Assembly (NCBI GenBank): GCA_964016885.1
Contig: OZ024742.1
Span: 88,784,001-88,848,000, forward strand
Reading direction: 5' to 3'
Origin: Eledone cirrhosa
Lineage: Eukaryota
Length of the DNA: 64,000 bases
The position numbers and the translations under genes were made by a program. Shown in pieces: positions 54,994 to 64,000 of the stretch. Within the stretch, counting starts at the first letter, position 1. Every line of letters starts with the position of its first letter. The notes beneath the pieces were generated by a model. It was not told the origin of the DNA, did no database searches, and saw nothing but the letters and a program-made list of their open reading frames with translations.

Positions 54994-56500
54994 GTATAAA
55001 AATGAAAGAGCTTTACGGAGGCAGAATAATAAACTACGAAGTTTAGAATCCTTATTGCTTTAAACAAAGGAGGAAGCCCAGACAGATGACAATTTTAGTG
55101 ACCTCTGAGAATGGTAGGATGAAGGGAGGAAGTTCTACTCAGGGCGGTGATCTAACCTGAATATGAAAAACGTTGTGAAATTTGATTGAAACATATAATT
55201 TTTAGATGCTGGGACTACACCGAGTGGCGGATTAGATCTTTACCCTAACAAGAGGAATTACCTTCAAAGGGATTCCTCAAATTTCTTCCACAAAGCATTG
55301 GTTCACTTAAGGATATATTAGAAACCAATTTCTCAAAGGGCTGCGCTGTGAGATTGAATGCTAAATCAGATGGCTGCGAAATCTACTACTTAAATACACA
55401 GCCATATTTGTGAGCATGAAACATATTGCCTGGATATTAATTTCCTGAACCAAACTAATTAACTAGCCCAAATAAATAAGTACAAGCACAGGCATGTACA
55501 TGTATATATGACGTGCGATGTTAACAGACAGGAAACACGAACTTGTCATCAGACAAATAATATACTTCGATACTATTTTGTTGTTATTTAACCCAATTTT
55601 AACTCTGATTAAATAGATGTGTGATTTGGGACAACACAGGCGTTACCTTCCCGACATTATTTGTATATTGGTGATTGCCTTGTCAAAATTTTTCTTCGTC
55701 TTTTAAATAGTAAGGGATGATTTAAGATAGACATACTCGTAATTGGTCATCATTTCTATCAGCATGAACGACCACGTATTTCTTTCACCCTTGGGCACAG
55801 CAATCTTCTGCACATTTGCGTATTTTAAATTCATGAAAACACTTTCTTTCCGGGTTGCTCTCTCTCTCTCTTCACACCTTTCCTGTATTTATCTACATTC
55901 TTCTATCTCTTACACTATGCTTCCAATCACTTCACACATTACACTTACTTTTGTCCTCATTAAGTTGCACTTGTGTTCACCGTCTGCTTCAAGTTGTTTG
56001 TTTCATCCCTCCTTTTCTGTCTTTTATTTCCATAGTTTCAGTGAATTTCACTCCATCATATGTGTCGTCAACTCCATATACTAATTTTAAATTATCTGCT
56101 GTCACGCACATAGGTATAAATACATACACACATACGTTTCTGTTGCTCTTGTTCACCCCCTTACAATTTCAATCAGTCTATTGCTAAAATATTCTCCTCT
56201 CTATTGGATCTTTCATTCTCTCTGTATCTGTTTATCTTGAAGCTGCCCATCCCCCACTTCCCATCACATATTACCACACTTTTACTGGCTATTTTCCTCT
56301 CAACATATATATCCCTATCTCTCTCGCCTATTTTTTTCTACGCTTCTTCAATTTTACTCAGAAACAAACACATAAACACACGCAAACATACACATACACA
56401 CGCACACACATGAACACATACACACAAGCGTAAATGCGCATGAGTCGTTATTTTTTGTCGCCAAATAATAGTCTCGATATTTTTCACTTTCTAATTTCAG

Positions 56501-56669
56501 ACACCACCAGCTAATGCCGAAGACAATGATATGATAACTGGTCTCCTATCAGGCTTCGCCTGTTTCGCAGGAATCATGATGTTATGTTGCTGTTGGTGGT
56601 GCTGCTGCTGCCGTGACAACAAGAATGATAACGTGGCACCACCTCTTCCACCACAGCAGAAAGTTATCA
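56501..56669 (+). CDS. Candidate exon encoding a transmembrane helix and Cys-rich juxtamembrane tail of a type-I membrane protein (or terminal exon ending at TAG 56695)
   Basis: Acceptor ttttcactttctaatttcag; TPPANAEDNDMITGLLSGFACFAGIMMLCCCWWCCCCRDNKNDNVAPPLPPQQKVI; donor a|gtgagc; GC-richer than flanks. Confidence 0.65.
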
Positions 56670-56818
56670 GTGAGCGATCGACCGCAATATCTTAGATATA
56701 TTATTCACTTCAGTTTGTGTTGCTATCGTGTTTTACACACATGTTCTAATTTCCGTATCTTGTTCTCCAAGCTCTTCACTCCTTCTTCATAACCTGTCAC
56801 TTATACCCTCCCATTATA

Positions 56819-57094
<276 letters not shown>

Positions 57095-57107
57095 ATATAT
57101 ATATACA

Positions 57108-57300
57108 GGGCGGAGGATTGGCAGTATCGGTAGAGGGTCGGACGCCATGCTTTGATGCATAGAGTTACGGCCCTTGCTATTCTGAGTTCAAATCCCGCCG
57201 AGGTTAACTTTGCCTTTCATCCTCACGGGGTTGATGAAATAAAGTACCAGTAATGCACTGGTAATTGCTGGCCTTGTGCCAAAAGTAGAAACAATTATTA
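57108..57300 (+). mobile_element. Full-length tRNA-derived SINE (same family as 7459-8082)
   Basis: gggcggaggattggcagtatcggtagag...gagttcaaatcccgccgagg...gccttgtgccaaaagtagaaacaattatta. Confidence 0.9.
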
Positions 57301-57322
57301 ATATTCGAAAAATTCACATTAC

Positions 57323-57360
<38 letters not shown>

Positions 57361-57643
57361 TGTGTGATCTTGTTATAACTTAACTGCTATAAGCTTTTGT
57401 CTTACATCTTTACTCGACTGGTCAGTGTTTGGCTTGTGTCATAAGCTGTGACCCCAACTGTACTAGCAGTTGGTAGGTGTCGAAACTGCCAAGGTCCACC
57501 TCAACAGGTGAGGACCCTGCAATCGTGTGGCTTTCGTTTGTATTTATACTTTTTTAAAAACATTTTTTTAAGACTCCCCTAATTTTTCGTTTTGCCTTTT
57601 TTTCCTTCGTTGTCTTGTCTTCTCTGTTAATTTTCCAAAGTTT

Positions 57644-58062
<419 letters not shown>

Positions 58063-58805
58063 GAGAACAGTCGGTACACCTTTTTGAACACTGTGCTATT
58101 TCAAGGGTCTAATCAACGGGGTTGAATTTTACTTCCGTATTACAAACGGTTATAGAGGCTGCAACATGTAATGTTATTAGTAACAAGGCTAGAACAATGA
58201 ATCAAAATTGCATCTGAGACCTACTTTATTCATACATGACACCTGTTTCGTTATCAATCAGCTCATGATGCTATCCATCACGACCGGGCCCGACACTGTA
58301 ATCGATAGATTTTCAGATATATCTGTTGTTATAAGTAAATGTTTCCATCCATACGATGAGCATAAGGCATGGTTAGAGAAGAAGATGCTATTTGACGGCG
58401 CAGGGGCAACGATAACAAGAAGTTCAGCAGCATTAGCATAAATACAATGAGGTATAGATAAGTAGATGAAATATTTGAATTGATGAAGTGGGCAAAGGGA
58501 GTAACAGATAATAGAAAAACGGGCAGACTGGTCAGGAACGTTGAGAAATTGACAGATAAATCATCCATAGTCGTAGAGTGGTGCCAGATTTGTTGGAAGT
58601 GTCTTATCAGGATATGCTCGCTTTGTTATCTGCATTTGCATGTAAGTATTTTCATATAAATAATAATAACATCTGAGGAGATATCAACTACAGAGACGAG
58701 CCTGTTCCTGACCAATCGTACCCCTTGTGGTGATAATCAATATCGTGTCATCTATGACTAAAATATGTACAAGACGCAAACGTGATAGTTTTGTTCAGTC
58801 TGCAT

Positions 58806-58860
<55 letters not shown>

Positions 58861-58861
<1 letters not shown>

Positions 58862-58972
58862 AAAATGTTCAAGACCCCGACGGCAGAGCTAAAGCCATTT
58901 CGACAGCTATTCCTGTCCAGAATTAGCCATCGAAACGGTTTGAGCTCTGCCGTCTGTGTCTTGAACATTTTC
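58861..58972. repeat. ~110-bp palindrome centred on a hammerhead stem II
   Basis: gaaaatgttcaagac...TTTC-gacagctattcctg tc cagaattagccatc-GAAA-cggtttgagctctgccGTC...gtcttgaacattttc. Confidence 0.8.
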
Positions 58973-59037
58973 CTAATACTACCCAAAGTATCGAGTACTC
59001 TGGTGCGTAATGGTCCTCCAGGGTCATTACCACACTT

Positions 59038-61292
<2,255 letters not shown>

Positions 61293-61422
61293 CGAAGGAA
61301 ATGTGGTAAGGAACCAGGTGGACCATAACGCACCAAAGTACTCAATACTTGAGTCCAGAATTAGCCGTCGAAACGGCTTGAGCTCAGCTGTCGGGGTCTT
61401 ACTGGTTCCTATATATATATAT

Positions 61423-64000
<2,578 letters not shown>

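Noticed and set aside
57108-57200. tRNA gene
   Set aside because: A/B boxes are present but there is no cloverleaf; it continues into the SINE core and tail.
58317-58641. Possible downstream exon (ttttcag acceptor, cat|gtaagt donor) with a death-domain-like EIFELMKW segment
   Set aside because: Needs a frameshift and a stop, and the pieces (KC.HP..., W.G.VEKLTD...VVEW) fit a decayed RTE-type LINE C-terminus better.

Overview
AT-rich, microsatellite-dense metazoan DNA. The SINE family, (TA)n load and LINE mix suggest an octopus or other coleoid, but that is inference. Almost the whole window is transposable-element derived and I see no intact long gene. (1) 1-13 kb: old RTE and hAT remnants, a tandem cluster of tRNA-derived SINEs, and low-complexity tracts. 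(2) 13.3-31.7 kb: a head-to-tail train of R4/Dong-type (RT plus restriction-like endonuclease) non-LTR retrotransposons, nearly all starting in the (TAA)n tail of the previous unit, with an antisense Tx1/L1-type LINE inserted in one of those tails. (3) 32-64 kb: Penelope-like elements (three Naiad-type, one Neptune-like GIY-YIG) and their terminal repeats embedded in (TA)n tracts. These carry about 11 recognisable minimal hammerhead ribozyme motifs and form a size series of fold-back palindromes, the smallest folded at ribozyme stem II. (4) 53.3-56.7 kb: four frame-compatible candidate exons missed by the ORF track, encoding a Sushi/CCP-like domain, a transmembrane helix and a Cys-rich tail; the first candidate exon contains two in-frame stops. 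All calls come from reading motifs by eye, with no database searches, and repeat boundaries are approximate.
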